A program made the position numbers and the translations under genes. A stretch of 64,000 bases of DNA. It comes from a virus. Shown here piece by piece: positions 1 to 10,293 of the stretch. Position 1 is the stretch's first letter, and each line of letters opens with the position of its first letter. Below the pieces are notes generated by a model. The model did no database searches. It had not been told where the DNA came from and saw only the letters and a program-made list of their open reading frames with translations. The DNA is taken from positions 6,210 through 70,209 of IMG/VR virus record IMGVR_UViG_3300044630_004815; one strand, written 5' to 3'.

Positions 1-45
1 AGAGAAATTTTTGAGAATGGTAATAGTATTGTCAGAAAGTTTCAT
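1..45 (-). CDS. g45: Sliding clamp gp45, N-terminus only (runs off window edge)
   Basis: Manual translation MKLSDNTITILKNFS resembles the T4 gp45 start; ATGA overlap with the upstream ORF; g46-g45 synteny. Confidence 0.85.
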   Translation of the reverse strand, partial: MKLSDNTITILKNFS

Positions 46-377
46 TTGTTCTCAATAAGGTTAAGGTGATTGATCAAGAGAATAGTATAGTGAAGCACTT
101 TAAACAAGTCTGCTCTCGGAGTCCCCTTTGAATCATACCGATCAATATACTTGGTTACGTTCCCAGCACAAAATCCTTCTCTACGATTATGCTTAATCTT
201 ATCCAAAGTTTGCTGTTTCTCTCCACCAACTTCATCAACATAATGTTGATTATAAGTACTGGAGATATATTGCTCCAGTTGTTTTAGAATTTTGTCTTCG
301 TTATATTTCCAGAATCCATTAGCGTTTCTATTTTCTTGCATATTAAGAGTAATTTCAGTAGAGTTGGAACCAAACAT
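42..377 (-). CDS. Conserved phage protein, DUF3310-like
   Basis: Y..HY and GFCAGNVTKYIDRY..KG...DL.K motifs. Confidence 0.65.
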   Translation of the reverse strand: MFGSNSTEITLNMQENRNANGFWKYNEDKILKQLEQYISSTYNQHYVDEVGGEKQQTLDKIKHNRREGFCAGNVTKYIDRYDSKGTPRADLFKVLHYTILLINHLNLIENK

Positions 378-402
378 AATAAAATTAGATCAGATCTCTA
401 AT

Positions 403-431
403 ATGCTACCACTCAAACATCTAAGAGTCAA
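403..431 (-). promoter_or_regulatory. sigma70-type promoter
   Basis: TTGACT-N17-TAGCAT upstream of ORF 42..377. Confidence 0.55.
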
Positions 432-2139
432 CCATTACACCAAATCCTTTTTGCTTCTGGAACTTAACTACAGAATCAAATTTATCGATCAATTCATCAG
501 TTTTGTGTGAGATTACAAATACGTTAGATTTATTAATCACATATCTAATGATCTTGGTGAAATTATCAGTACCAAAATCATCCAATGAACTATCAAAAAC
601 TTCATCAAGAATTAATAGATTTGTGTTTACTGAATTTTTAACTTTTGCAACTTCTCTCCATGTAAATAATAATGCCAAATCAATTCTCATTTTTTCCCCC
701 TCACTAAAGGAATCATAAGAAAAATCTTCATAAATTGGATTCAGTGCCTTTTCATTGAACTCTTCGTCTAAATTAAAATTAATACAAAAATCTAACAACT
801 CCAAATATTTGTTCAAATTTTTATTAATGATGGGAAGATACTTCTTAATAATGTTTGTCTTTGCTCCACCATCTTTCAACAAAAGATGGATGAACTCGTA
901 GTTCAAAAGTTCCTCTTTTTTCAAAGAGATTTCAGTTATTATTTCATCTAAACTAATATTAAGTTTTTTTAGTTTTTCATGTTCAATATTAGTTTCTGTT
1001 CCTTTAGTGATAAGTTTTTGAATTTCATGTTGCAATTCTTTGTACTGTTTTTCAAGTTCAAAAATTTTAACATTGTTAGAATTGATTTCATTGTTAAGTT
1101 TAGTAATCCTCTTTGAAATTTCTATAAATTTAGATTCATTCTTTTGCTCATCTTGAATTGTATTCTCAAGATCTTGACATGCAGAAGTCAATTCATTTTT
1201 TTTATTTTGAATATCATCCAGTTTATTTAATCTAAATTCATTCTCAATAGATTGAGTACAGGTGGGACAAACCGTATTATGATCAAAAAACTTATGGTCT
1301 TCTGTATAATTTGATATTTTTTGAAGTAATTTAATTTTCAATCCATCAAGTTTTTTCAGTTTATTGGAAGAATTTGATACCTCCTCCAACTGTTCCTGCA
1401 TTTTTTTAATTTCAATTAGATAATTATCATTACTAATTTTGAGATTATTAATTTCAATTTCAATAACTTTTTGTTTATCGGTTTTATGTTCAACATCTTC
1501 ACAATTTCTTTTTTGAAGTTCTTTTATAAAATTTTCTTGAACTTCGATTTTATCCTTACAATTTTCTTTTTTGTATTCCAACTCTCGAATTTCTTCTCTA
1601 AATGTTTTGATGTTTCCCTTGGTTATATCATTCATTGAAGAAAATACTTTAATATCCAAAAGATCTTCAACAACTTCTCTTCTATGCTGAGAAGATAATT
1701 GCATGAATGGAACGAAATTGGAGGATCCGAGGATTACAATTTGAGTAAAAGATTTATAATTCAACTTCAATAGATTTTGTTCTAGCCACTTCTGCTGATC
1801 TACTGAAGATGCTAATTCATCAAGAATTTTATTATTTTTCTGTATCTTAAATATGTTAGGTTTAATTCCACGTATAATTTTATATTGATCACTATTGATT
1901 AAAAAATCAATTTCAACAACACAATCTTTTTCGTTTGTAGTATTGACTAATTGACCTTTTGTTATTTTCCTAAAGGGTTTATTAAACAATACAAACGTCA
2001 ATGCATCTAGTAGTGTGCTCTTTCCTGCACCATTCTGTCCAATAATTAACGTTGAATTGTTTTTGAGTAGATCAATTTCTGTCCAATAGTTTCCAGAAGA
2101 GAGCAAATTTTTATAACGAATTTTCTGAAATTTTATCAT
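421..2139 (-). CDS. g46: Recombination endonuclease ATPase subunit (Rad50/SbcC-like)
   Basis: Walker A GQNGAGKS, CPTC zinc hook in a coiled coil, FSEGE signature, LILDE Walker B. Confidence 0.97.
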   Translation of the reverse strand: MIKFQKIRYKNLLSSGNYWTEIDLLKNNSTLIIGQNGAGKSTLLDALTFVLFNKPFRKITKGQLVNTTNEKDCVVEIDFLINSDQYKIIRGIKPNIFKIQKNNKILDELASSVDQQKWLEQNLLKLNYKSFTQIVILGSSNFVPFMQLSSQHRREVVEDLLDIKVFSSMNDITKGNIKTFREEIRELEYKKENCKDKIEVQENFIKELQKRNCEDVEHKTDKQKVIEIEINNLKISNDNYLIEIKKMQEQLEEVSNSSNKLKKLDGLKIKLLQKISNYTEDHKFFDHNTVCPTCTQSIENEFRLNKLDDIQNKKNELTSACQDLENTIQDEQKNESKFIEISKRITKLNNEINSNNVKIFELEKQYKELQHEIQKLITKGTETNIEHEKLKKLNISLDEIITEISLKKEELLNYEFIHLLLKDGGAKTNIIKKYLPIINKNLNKYLELLDFCINFNLDEEFNEKALNPIYEDFSYDSFSEGEKMRIDLALLFTWREVAKVKNSVNTNLLILDEVFDSSLDDFGTDNFTKIIRYVINKSNVFVISHKTDELIDKFDSVVKFQKQKGFGVMVDS

Positions 2140-2392
2140 AATTTGGAGGAACGACTAGATCATTTGAAGTAATTATAGCATATTCATAATTAAAAGATTC
2201 GCAAGCAATTAATAGAACTTCCTTATCAACTTCGATAACTTCCATCTCAGGATAATTAAGTTCTTCTAACATACAAAGATATCTTTCTGCATCATCATAC
2301 TCTTCAAAAATCATAAGAACATTATCACCATATTCACTTTCTATGGCAAATGCTCCTTCGTCTGGGTTTGATGCAAGAGTAAGTATGTACAT
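2111..2392 (-). CDS. Acidic hypothetical protein between g47 and g46
   Basis: 93-aa ORF tightly packed in the operon. Confidence 0.75.
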   Translation of the reverse strand: MYILTLASNPDEGAFAIESEYGDNVLMIFEEYDDAERYLCMLEELNYPEMEVIEVDKEVLLIACESFNYEYAIITSNDLVVPPNYDKISENSL

Positions 2393-2395
2393 TTA

Positions 2396-3433
2396 TTATA
2401 ATTGATAAGACTCTTGATAAATTGTATTAATCATATTTTTTATCCTACTCTTATTTAAACTAATTTCAGATTCATCCACATATTTTTTTAGTAAAGAAAG
2501 AGTATCTTCAGATCCAACAAATTCTTCATCATCAAAATTTTGATTGATATGAACGGTTTCAATTACTCTAAATTCATATGGATTCACCTGAATTAATTTA
2601 TCAACATATTGTTCATATTTTTTTTGATTGGTTTTATTTTTTACAATCAGTTTGACAATACAATTTTTATACTCATCAAGTTCTTCATTTAGATTATCCT
2701 CATCATAATTAATAATTTTAAAAATTCTATATGGGTTATTAATATACTCGTGCTTTAAGGTTTCGGTATCAAAAATAGTAAATCCACGATTATCATCTAG
2801 ATCACTCCAAAACATTTCATATGGATTTCCTAAGTAAAATACTACTCCATCATTCGATCTAGTATGATAGTGTCCAGAAAATACTTTATTGAATTTATGA
2901 AGACCTTTTGGATCCATTCCGTGATCCATAACTAAATGAGAATTGACCTTGAACCCCGTCAATTCCAAATGTCCCATTGCCACTTCACAGGGACTGTTTT
3001 GAATCATTCTAAGGGCATTCTGCTCGTTCTCAGGTGTAATCCAAGGAAGCATTAGTATATCCAATCCCCCAATTGTAAATTGTTGGGGAGAAGATATTTT
3101 AATTACATTGTCATATTCTGATAATAAGTAATCTACAGAATTTAATTGATTTGTATTTTTGTAGTAAATATCATGGTTTCCAATGATATTATAAACTGTA
3201 ATTCCAAGTGTCTCAAAAGTATCGTAAATATTTTGCTTTGTCCATTGAAGAGACCAATAATCTATCCCCTTACGATTATCAAAGGCATCTCCAAGGTGAA
3301 TTACAGTCTTAATTTTATTTTTAATTAGATATGGAAAAAATATTTCAGTATAAAATTTCTGAAAGTATTCATGGAATGTTTTATTTCCCTTTTTAAATCC
3401 AAAATGAGTATCAGTAATTAGGGCAACTTTCAC
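2396..3433 (-). CDS. g47: Recombination endonuclease nuclease subunit (Mre11/SbcD-like)
   Basis: DTHFG, GD, GNHD and GHYH phosphoesterase motifs; adjacent to g46. Confidence 0.97.
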   Translation of the reverse strand: MKVALITDTHFGFKKGNKTFHEYFQKFYTEIFFPYLIKNKIKTVIHLGDAFDNRKGIDYWSLQWTKQNIYDTFETLGITVYNIIGNHDIYYKNTNQLNSVDYLLSEYDNVIKISSPQQFTIGGLDILMLPWITPENEQNALRMIQNSPCEVAMGHLELTGFKVNSHLVMDHGMDPKGLHKFNKVFSGHYHTRSNDGVVFYLGNPYEMFWSDLDDNRGFTIFDTETLKHEYINNPYRIFKIINYDEDNLNEELDEYKNCIVKLIVKNKTNQKKYEQYVDKLIQVNPYEFRVIETVHINQNFDDEEFVGSEDTLSLLKKYVDESEISLNKSRIKNMINTIYQESYQL

Positions 3434-3448
3434 TTAATTTTTCCTCAA

Positions 3449-3943
3449 TCACAATGTAAATCTATAATTGATCCCATCTTTAATGCTATTCATATTTCCA
3501 AGTTCATATCCCATATCAGATCCATCTGCACTAAACACTTCATCAAATCCAGATCTTTCAATGATTTTGGTTTTAATTTCAAGTTGTTTCTTTTCTTTTG
3601 CAATTCTTCTTAGAAATGCATAGTAAATTACTTGAGTAAAATATGCAAAAGGATTCTTTTTAGTTACATCAAAATTATGAATGTATTGAACACAGTTCTC
3701 AATTCCATCACAAATCATATCATCCTTAAACATGTAATTTACAAAATTTGGTTTGTATGATAAATGATTTGCAATTTTCAAAAAGCACTCCCCAATATAA
3801 TTTGGTATTTTTGGTTTAGGTAGATTTTTATCCTTTGCTTCATCTACCATTTTTTTATAATCAACCAGTGCTTGATGAAATTCTTTATTGCTTACATAAT
3901 GTTCAGATCTTTTCTTTTCTTTTGTCATAACTTTTAATAGCAT
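3449..3943 (-). CDS. g55: Late-transcription sigma factor gp55 (start likely 3943 or 3928, not 4015)
   Basis: HYVSNKEF, YIGECFLKIA, NFVNYMFKDDMI.DG.ENC and NPFAYFTQ motifs; a promoter at 3975-4004 argues for the shorter start. Confidence 0.95.
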   Translation of the reverse strand: MLLKVMTKEKKRSEHYVSNKEFHQALVDYKKMVDEAKDKNLPKPKIPNYIGECFLKIANHLSYKPNFVNYMFKDDMICDGIENCVQYIHNFDVTKKNPFAYFTQVIYYAFLRRIAKEKKQLEIKTKIIERSGFDEVFSADGSDMGYELGNMNSIKDGINYRFTL

Positions 3944-3974
3944 ATTAAATTGTTGATTTCTATAAGTTGTTCTA

Positions 3975-4004
3975 ATTGTACTACAAAAACTAATGTTTTG
4001 ACAA
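3975..4004 (-). promoter_or_regulatory. sigma70-type promoter for g55
   Basis: TTGTCA-N18-TACAAT. Confidence 0.5.
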
Positions 4005-4008
4005 GTAC

Positions 4009-4037
4009 TTGACAACTGTTAGTAAAGTGAGTAGGAT
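4009..4037 (+). promoter_or_regulatory. sigma70-type promoter pointing antisense to the uvsW operon
   Basis: TTGACA-N17-TAGGAT with a TG two bases upstream of the -10. Confidence 0.5.
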
Positions 4038-4068
4038 CACTCTGTTAGGTTTGAAGATAAATTATATC

Positions 4069-4446
4069 TTAATTACTTCTATAGATCTTCTCTAAAGAGT
4101 CTCTTGCGGCATCCACATGAGATATAAGACCCATATTCTTTGTAATCTTTAATTGTGAACTACTTCTAGTAAATTTCCTATGCATGGAAATAATCCTAGA
4201 ATCTTTAACTTCAGTGATTGTAATTATTTTATCAAAATCAATAATGAACATTTCATCATCAGATATGTTCACCCAGGGAATAACTTTATATCCCATAGTT
4301 TTATTTGATTTAGATTGGATATGAGTAATTACTACTGGATTATCTAATAGTAAAAATCTCTTATCATCTTCTTCAGATAGACAAACTAAAGCAAATACTT
4401 CTTCACCTGAAATTAATTTAATTGTTGCATAAAAGTCTTCTTCCAT
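4069..4446 (-). CDS. Conserved T4-like phage protein, probable Sm-like fold
   Basis: IKLISGEEVFA...L.NP...PW pattern; located between uvsW and g55. Confidence 0.7.
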   Translation of the reverse strand: MEEDFYATIKLISGEEVFALVCLSEEDDKRFLLLDNPVVITHIQSKSNKTMGYKVIPWVNISDDEMFIIDFDKIITITEVKDSRIISMHRKFTRSSSQLKITKNMGLISHVDAARDSLEKIYRSN

Positions 4447-5909
4447 TATTTTTTAAAGTTGATTGTAATGATTTCATAATCAAAGTTTTCTTCATTGTAA
4501 ATTTTAATTCTTTCAATTAAATGATTCAATGTATAATTTTTCTTTGATTTATATTTAATTTCATCAGCAATATCATATAGAGTTGCTGAAGATTTCTCTT
4601 TTCCTTTTCTTAAAACTCTTCCGATAGATTGTAGATTTCTTATTCTTGATTTGGAAGGTGATGCGAAGACAACATTGTGTAAGTTTCTAATATTGATACC
4701 TGTACTAAAAGTGCCATAAGAAGCAACAATAATCGCATTTGATTGTTCCTCGGTAATTTTTCTTACCATTTCTCTTTCTTCAGTATCCACTCCACCATGA
4801 ATAAAAAATATTTTTCTATCTTCACTGGCATCTTTATTTATTAATTCATAGAGGGGTTCTCCATGAGTTGCAACCCTATTAAACAATACCAAAGTATTTC
4901 CTTTAAGATCTAAAACTAGATTTTTAATAAAATTATTTCTACGTTCATGTCCAATTAAATATTGAACTTCTTCTTCATAGTCATTAAATTCATGCTCTGG
5001 ATGTGATAGAAGAAGAACTTTAATTTTTAACTGAGATAGGTATCCCTTTTTAATAAGATCATCTGTTTTAATTAATTTGTAAGTAGGACCAAATAATCCC
5101 TCAAGTACCAGTTTGTGAGTTTGAGATCCATCAAGTGTTCCAGTAAATCCAAATCTATATTTTGCATCATGCAATTTATCCATGATACTAATCAATGATT
5201 TAGATTTGAATTGATGTGCCTCATCTCCAATTACTACGTCATAGTTTTGGAAATATGATTTATCTAATTTGTAAATAGATTGCCATGTAGATATTGTAAC
5301 TGGTTTCTCTGCCTCTCTAGACATTCCTCCATATATTTTATGGCAATATGTCTCAGCATTCCATCCATAGTCTTCAAAGTCCTTATACATCTGTTCTACC
5401 AATGATGTGGTTGGGACTACCAACAATATATTCATTCCCCTCTCTACAAAGTATCTGACTACAGAATAAATCATCAATGATTTGCCTGATGCAGTTGGGG
5501 ATAGTAATAACTTTCTTTTGTATTTTAATGCATCATGAACTCCTTGGATTTGATAGTCCCTTGGTTCGTGACTGCAAATACTTTTCATATAATCTCTCAC
5601 ACCCTCCATTGAAATAGAATCATCTATCTCTCCAGGAAGACCATAATATTTGTTTTGATTAAATTCAAAGTTATAGTTGTGATTCTCGCAGAATGTGATA
5701 AGTTTATCCAGTAGTCCAGAATAGATTTCTCCAGTCTGAATATTGAATAAACGTATTTTACCATCCCAGTGCTTACTTCTATATTGAGGCATAAACTTTG
5801 CACCAGGCACATCAAATGTAAATTGATCACTCAATTCATATTTAATATGAGGTTCACATTCGACCTTCAGATAGATTTCATTCTTTTTAGATATGATAAG
5901 ATCAGACAT
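4446..5909 (-). CDS. uvsW: UvsW RNA-DNA/DNA helicase
   Basis: WDGKIRLF, PRDYQ, PTASGKS, DEAH and QSIGRVLR motifs. Confidence 0.97.
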   Translation of the reverse strand: MSDLIISKKNEIYLKVECEPHIKYELSDQFTFDVPGAKFMPQYRSKHWDGKIRLFNIQTGEIYSGLLDKLITFCENHNYNFEFNQNKYYGLPGEIDDSISMEGVRDYMKSICSHEPRDYQIQGVHDALKYKRKLLLSPTASGKSLMIYSVVRYFVERGMNILLVVPTTSLVEQMYKDFEDYGWNAETYCHKIYGGMSREAEKPVTISTWQSIYKLDKSYFQNYDVVIGDEAHQFKSKSLISIMDKLHDAKYRFGFTGTLDGSQTHKLVLEGLFGPTYKLIKTDDLIKKGYLSQLKIKVLLLSHPEHEFNDYEEEVQYLIGHERRNNFIKNLVLDLKGNTLVLFNRVATHGEPLYELINKDASEDRKIFFIHGGVDTEEREMVRKITEEQSNAIIVASYGTFSTGINIRNLHNVVFASPSKSRIRNLQSIGRVLRKGKEKSSATLYDIADEIKYKSKKNYTLNHLIERIKIYNEENFDYEIITINFKK

Positions 5910-5910
5910 A

Positions 5911-6342
5911 TTATATTCCCGATTGGAATTTCAAAAAATCAATTGAATTCTTAATTTGATAAGTTCTATTCGAAATCATTTTTATAATTTCTTCTAGATA
6001 TTTTAATATTGTATCATAATATTCTATTTTCATAAAAATATCTGATAGTTGCTTATCTGCTTCCAGATATCTAGTCATTCCCTCTTTATCTCTTACTTTA
6101 TATGGGAATGGATCTTCTTTATATGTTTCTGGTTCTGCTTTCCCGTTATAATAATTATATCGTTCAAGTTTTTTTTGTTTATATTGAAACTCAGATCTTT
6201 TCCTGAGTAGGGATATGTTGTTGTATATTTCGTAGTATTTTGCGTGCAATGATGGCACTCTCAAAGATTCGTTGTGGAGATTGTCAATATCAATGTTTGA
6301 ATCTTCTTTCCACATTTCTTGAATTTTATCAATATCAATCAT
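5911..6342 (-). CDS. uvsY: UvsY recombination mediator
   Basis: W.ED..ID, LHAKY and RTYQIKNSIDF motifs; synteny. Confidence 0.93.
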   Translation of the reverse strand: MIDIDKIQEMWKEDSNIDIDNLHNESLRVPSLHAKYYEIYNNISLLRKRSEFQYKQKKLERYNYYNGKAEPETYKEDPFPYKVRDKEGMTRYLEADKQLSDIFMKIEYYDTILKYLEEIIKMISNRTYQIKNSIDFLKFQSGI

Positions 6343-6893
6343 ATATTAGGTATAATTTTATAATAAGTATATTTGAAGTTTACTTGTGCTGTAAAGTAAT
6401 TAATATTTTCTTCTGTAGCATCGAAATCCAATGATGATAGGAAAACTGGATACATACCAGTAAAAATTACTGATGCTGATGGATTGAAGTTACTATTTAA
6501 AATTTGTAGACTAGCATCTGATTGTTCATAAAATTCAGTGCTATCTTTTTTAGGAGAATTGGAAACTGTTGAAGTATCCATTAAATCTGCATACTGTTCG
6601 AGACTGTATGGAAATCCTAGTCCAGTCATCCAATTCCAAATTTCCATATAATTCTCTAGACTCTCATCTACAAGGAATCTAAGATTGAAATCACCAAAAG
6701 ACATCTTATCTCCAGGGATATCAATATTTTTTCCATAACGAGTTTGTAATGCTGATCCTAAAGTAATTGCTGGTATGTTTGCAGCATTAGAATAAAAATC
6801 AACCTTAGGTGCTTTATGTAAATTAAATTTAAATCCTACTGGAGATAAAAAATTCTTGTTGGATGGTTGTCCTGCCCAGGTTGTATTTGCCAT
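6339..6893 (-). CDS. g3: Tail completion / tube terminator gp3
   Basis: NFLSPVGFKF, IPGDK and FLVDE.LENY.EI.NW motifs. Confidence 0.9.
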   Translation of the reverse strand: MANTTWAGQPSNKNFLSPVGFKFNLHKAPKVDFYSNAANIPAITLGSALQTRYGKNIDIPGDKMSFGDFNLRFLVDESLENYMEIWNWMTGLGFPYSLEQYADLMDTSTVSNSPKKDSTEFYEQSDASLQILNSNFNPSASVIFTGMYPVFLSSLDFDATEENINYFTAQVNFKYTYYKIIPNI

Positions 6894-6908
6894 AATACTG
6901 TTTCTAAC

Positions 6909-6916
6909 TATTTATT
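6909..6916 (-). promoter_or_regulatory. T4-type late promoter
   Basis: AATAAATA just upstream of g3. Confidence 0.6.
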
Positions 6917-6920
6917 TGCA

Positions 6921-6947
6921 TAAAAAAAGGAGTCCTTTCGGACTCCT
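6921..6947 (-). terminator. Rho-independent terminator after g23
   Basis: AGGAGTCC-GAAA-GGACTCCT stem followed by a T run. Confidence 0.9.
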
Positions 6948-6965
6948 AAAACTATGTGATTTGAT

Positions 6966-8390
6966 TTACATAAGATTTTTTACTTGTACTCTTCTGTAGT
7001 AACGGTTGGTGTTCTGGGCAATTCTACCTGCACCAACATCAGTTCCTTCAGCAAATGGGTTGGCAACCATACCATATCTGGTCTTGAAGCCAATCTTGGG
7101 CTGGAAGGTGTCCTGACCAACGGCACGAACCATTTGGAGAGGAACGTAAGGGCAATAGAACAGACCAGCATCATAAGGATTAGTACCCTTATAACCAACA
7201 ACATAATACTGCTCAGCAGCAAGGTTGGCAGCAAATGGGTCAATGTAAACTCTGAACTTGCCGTTAAGAACACCAGCAAAAGTATTGCCAGTATCATCAA
7301 CATTCAGGTTAGCATTGAGTGCTGGGGTATAATCAAGAAGTCCTGCCATGGTGAGAGCAGAAGCAACGTCAGCAGAACAAAGGATGACGTTACCCTTTCC
7401 TCTACGAGTTCTTTGTGCGATTGCGTTTGCGTCTCTTTCCAGTTGGAACAGAAGACCCTTGAACTTCTCAACTGACCAACGACCGTTGGAGTCAACATCA
7501 AGGTCAAACATACCAGCAGTTGCTACGTTTGTCTGGGCACCAGGCTCAGCAATCTTGTAGATAGTGCGGATAACTTCACGGTTGATCTCAGCAAGAATCT
7601 CGGTTGAGAGAATATTTGCTAATTCAGCCTCAGCATCAAGACCGTGGATTGCCTTGAGGTCTTGTGCAAGTTCAAGGGTGTACTCTGCCTTGAGTGCTCT
7701 GCTCTTTGCGGTAACAGCAATCTTCTCGATGCTGAATGCCATCTGGTTGAACTGATCTCCATCAGCACCACCAAGTGCTTCAGCAGCTTGAGTTGACATA
7801 CCCTGACCAACTCTGTAATCAGTGCCAGCAGCACCAGCAGAGTTTAGAAGTGAGGGGTTAGAACCAGCAGCAAGACCACCACCAACAAATCCAGTAGTAC
7901 CAAAACCAACGGATGCTCCGTCGTCAGCACCACCAGTATAATCACCCTGGGTTAGGTTATAACCACTATCTTGACCAGAGTATGCAGTATCGGGCTCGTT
8001 GTAGAGTGCCTCAAGACCTTGCTGGTTTACATACTTGCTTCTCATCGCAAAGATCAGTCCAGTAGGACCGTTCATTGGTTGAACACCAGCAAGGTCATAT
8101 GCAACCAGATTAGGCATTGAACGTCTGATCAGTGAGATCAGAACGGGGTCGAAACCTGCAACTGGGGATGAAGCACCACCAGAGAATCCAGCAGCACCAG
8201 TGGCACCAGGATCTGTATTAACATTGGGGGCAGCTTCAGTGAGGAATCCTCTTTCCTCTTTTAAAAATCTTTCTTGGTTTTCTAGCAGAACTGCGGTAAC
8301 TGATCTTCTATAAGGGTCTCTGATCTCGTCTAGACCATTTGCCTCAAGAAGAGGTTGCCACTTCTTCTGCAATTGTTCTGAAAGGAACAT
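6966..8390 (-). CDS. g23: Major capsid protein gp23
   Basis: KW.PLL, LLENQE, GVQPMNGPTGLIFAMR, KSRALKAEYTLELAQDLKAIHG and FQPKIGFKTRYG motifs. Confidence 0.99.
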   Translation of the reverse strand: MFLSEQLQKKWQPLLEANGLDEIRDPYRRSVTAVLLENQERFLKEERGFLTEAAPNVNTDPGATGAAGFSGGASSPVAGFDPVLISLIRRSMPNLVAYDLAGVQPMNGPTGLIFAMRSKYVNQQGLEALYNEPDTAYSGQDSGYNLTQGDYTGGADDGASVGFGTTGFVGGGLAAGSNPSLLNSAGAAGTDYRVGQGMSTQAAEALGGADGDQFNQMAFSIEKIAVTAKSRALKAEYTLELAQDLKAIHGLDAEAELANILSTEILAEINREVIRTIYKIAEPGAQTNVATAGMFDLDVDSNGRWSVEKFKGLLFQLERDANAIAQRTRRGKGNVILCSADVASALTMAGLLDYTPALNANLNVDDTGNTFAGVLNGKFRVYIDPFAANLAAEQYYVVGYKGTNPYDAGLFYCPYVPLQMVRAVGQDTFQPKIGFKTRYGMVANPFAEGTDVGAGRIAQNTNRYYRRVQVKNLM

Positions 8391-8438
8391 TTGCTTTTTC
8401 TCCTTGTTTAGTCTTGTTAAAGTGTTTTTAACTACAAA

Positions 8439-8446
8439 TATTTAGT
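8439..8446 (-). promoter_or_regulatory. T4-type late promoter
   Basis: ACTAAATA upstream of g23. Confidence 0.65.
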
Positions 8447-8458
8447 ATAATCTTAAAT

Positions 8459-9583
8459 TCACTTAGAGTATTTACCGAGTGCTCTCAGATAAGCATTCAT
8501 TGAAGGACCGTAATCCTCGTTTGCTTCTTCAACTAGCACTTCTTCTCTTGATGAGTTTACTGGTGATTTCGAAAAATATGACTCTTTTAGAGTCTCCAGT
8601 TTCTCACGATAGTCTACTTCACTTTCAAACTCAACACTTTCGGCAAGACTTGCAAGCTTTTCCTTCTGAGTTAAAGCTAACCCTTCAGAAATATCATTTA
8701 GGATAGTGTCACTAACAGCTTCACTAAGTCTTTGATTTAGTTGAACATTTCTTTCGATTTGTTCGTTGAGTTTTTCTTCCATTTCATCTAGTCTTTCGAC
8801 CATTCCTTCTAATACATCATATTTATCTTCAGGGATTTCTACATAATGTTCTTCAAAAAGACCCTTCAGATTGCTCATGAAGGATTCTGCTAACTGAGAT
8901 TTGATTCCAGTTTCAATCTGAAGTGCGTTCTCTTCGATCCACTCTTCAGAAACATACTCTAGGTAAGAATCAATTCTATCAGTAAGTTCTTCTTTGATTG
9001 CGGTAACTTCTTCTACAAGTTTCTCTGCATAATCTTGCTCATATGCTTCAATAATTGAAACAACCTTGCTCTTAATAGCAGCTTCAAAAATAACTGCTGC
9101 CTTTCCCATAAATTCTGGAGAAAGGTCCTCACCTTCCATTAAAGCATTAATGTCATCTGAGTAATCAACTTTTTCATTTGCAATTTGATCGAGTCTTTCT
9201 TGCAGAGAAAAAGTATCTTCCTCTTCACCATCTTCCACTACTTCCTCTTCTGAGATCAGATCTTCATCTTCAATTTCAGTCTCCTCATAACTCATAGCAG
9301 ACTTGTTAGCATGTGGCATTGCATCAGGTGCTTTTGCACCTTTGTTTACCACATTCTGAACTTTGGAAAGAGTCTTTCCAGGAGTCTTGAGTTTATTGGA
9401 CTCATCATTAGGTCTTGAGTTATGGGGGGTAGGACCACCCAGATCTTCTACTGAGTTATTCAGTCCTTCACCTGGAATATTGCCCTTAGGCATACCTTCA
9501 GCAGGCTTAGCTCCTTTGTTAACTGCAGTTACAGATTTTTTAGTAGATACTTCCATTTCTTGTAAATCGTTACCGACACTCAT
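8459..9583 (-). CDS. g22: Prohead core scaffolding protein gp22
   Basis: Acidic coiled coil, IFEAA, YLEYVSEEW.EEN and LKESYF motifs; synteny. Confidence 0.95.
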   Translation of the reverse strand: MSVGNDLQEMEVSTKKSVTAVNKGAKPAEGMPKGNIPGEGLNNSVEDLGGPTPHNSRPNDESNKLKTPGKTLSKVQNVVNKGAKAPDAMPHANKSAMSYEETEIEDEDLISEEEVVEDGEEEDTFSLQERLDQIANEKVDYSDDINALMEGEDLSPEFMGKAAVIFEAAIKSKVVSIIEAYEQDYAEKLVEEVTAIKEELTDRIDSYLEYVSEEWIEENALQIETGIKSQLAESFMSNLKGLFEEHYVEIPEDKYDVLEGMVERLDEMEEKLNEQIERNVQLNQRLSEAVSDTILNDISEGLALTQKEKLASLAESVEFESEVDYREKLETLKESYFSKSPVNSSREEVLVEEANEDYGPSMNAYLRALGKYSK

Positions 9584-9626
9584 TTTTATTCTCCGAATAA
9601 AATCCTTGATTAATTTATTCTATATT

Positions 9627-9634
9627 TATTTATA
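9627..9634 (-). promoter_or_regulatory. T4-type late promoter
   Basis: Perfect TATAAATA upstream of g22. Confidence 0.7.
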
Positions 9635-9636
9635 AA

Positions 9637-10293
9637 TTATAAATTTGAGAGATAATCTCTAAGGAGTTTGAGTTTATTTTGCTCACTCAATCTTCTTCCT
9701 CTGCTCAATTTTTCTACATTTTCTTTGGTTCTTTGTGCATTCATTTCTCTTAAAATACCACCTTCCCACACCCACTCTTTTCCTTCCATAATTCCTTGAA
9801 CAAATGCATCGGGTGCAGAAGGATCAGCAACAATATCAGCAGCAGTTGATAACATAAAATCTTCACCTACATACTTGATTCCATTCCTTTCATTTAATGA
9901 ACCAATGCCTCTAGAGGAAACACCAAGGGTAACTCCCTCACCTAGAAGAGACTTGGCAATGTTTCCCATTGGAGTATCCAATAATTTTGCCTTTCCAATA
10001 AAGTTATTTCCTTCTCTATGAAGACTGGTAATCATATGAGATACTCTGTCTAAATTCACAGTAGGACCATCGGGATGTCCTAATTCTCCCAATGCTCTTC
10101 CTTTTTGGATAAACGAATCATTATACCTCTTAACTTCTCTTTCGAGAATTTGTAGAGGATAATTTCTACCATTTCTATTTGTACATTCTGCCTGAAGGAA
10201 TGGTCCCTGAATATACAGGGTTTTAATTCCATTTTTTTCTTCAGTAATAATTTCTACTGATTCGATTTCTTCTGTGATTAGTTTCATGGTCAT
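9637..10293 (-). CDS. g21: Prohead protease gp21
   Basis: NRNGR.YP, ALGELGHP, GVSSRG.GS and DIVADPSAPDAFV motifs. Confidence 0.98.
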   Translation of the reverse strand: MTMKLITEEIESVEIITEEKNGIKTLYIQGPFLQAECTNRNGRNYPLQILEREVKRYNDSFIQKGRALGELGHPDGPTVNLDRVSHMITSLHREGNNFIGKAKLLDTPMGNIAKSLLGEGVTLGVSSRGIGSLNERNGIKYVGEDFMLSTAADIVADPSAPDAFVQGIMEGKEWVWEGGILREMNAQRTKENVEKLSRGRRLSEQNKLKLLRDYLSNL

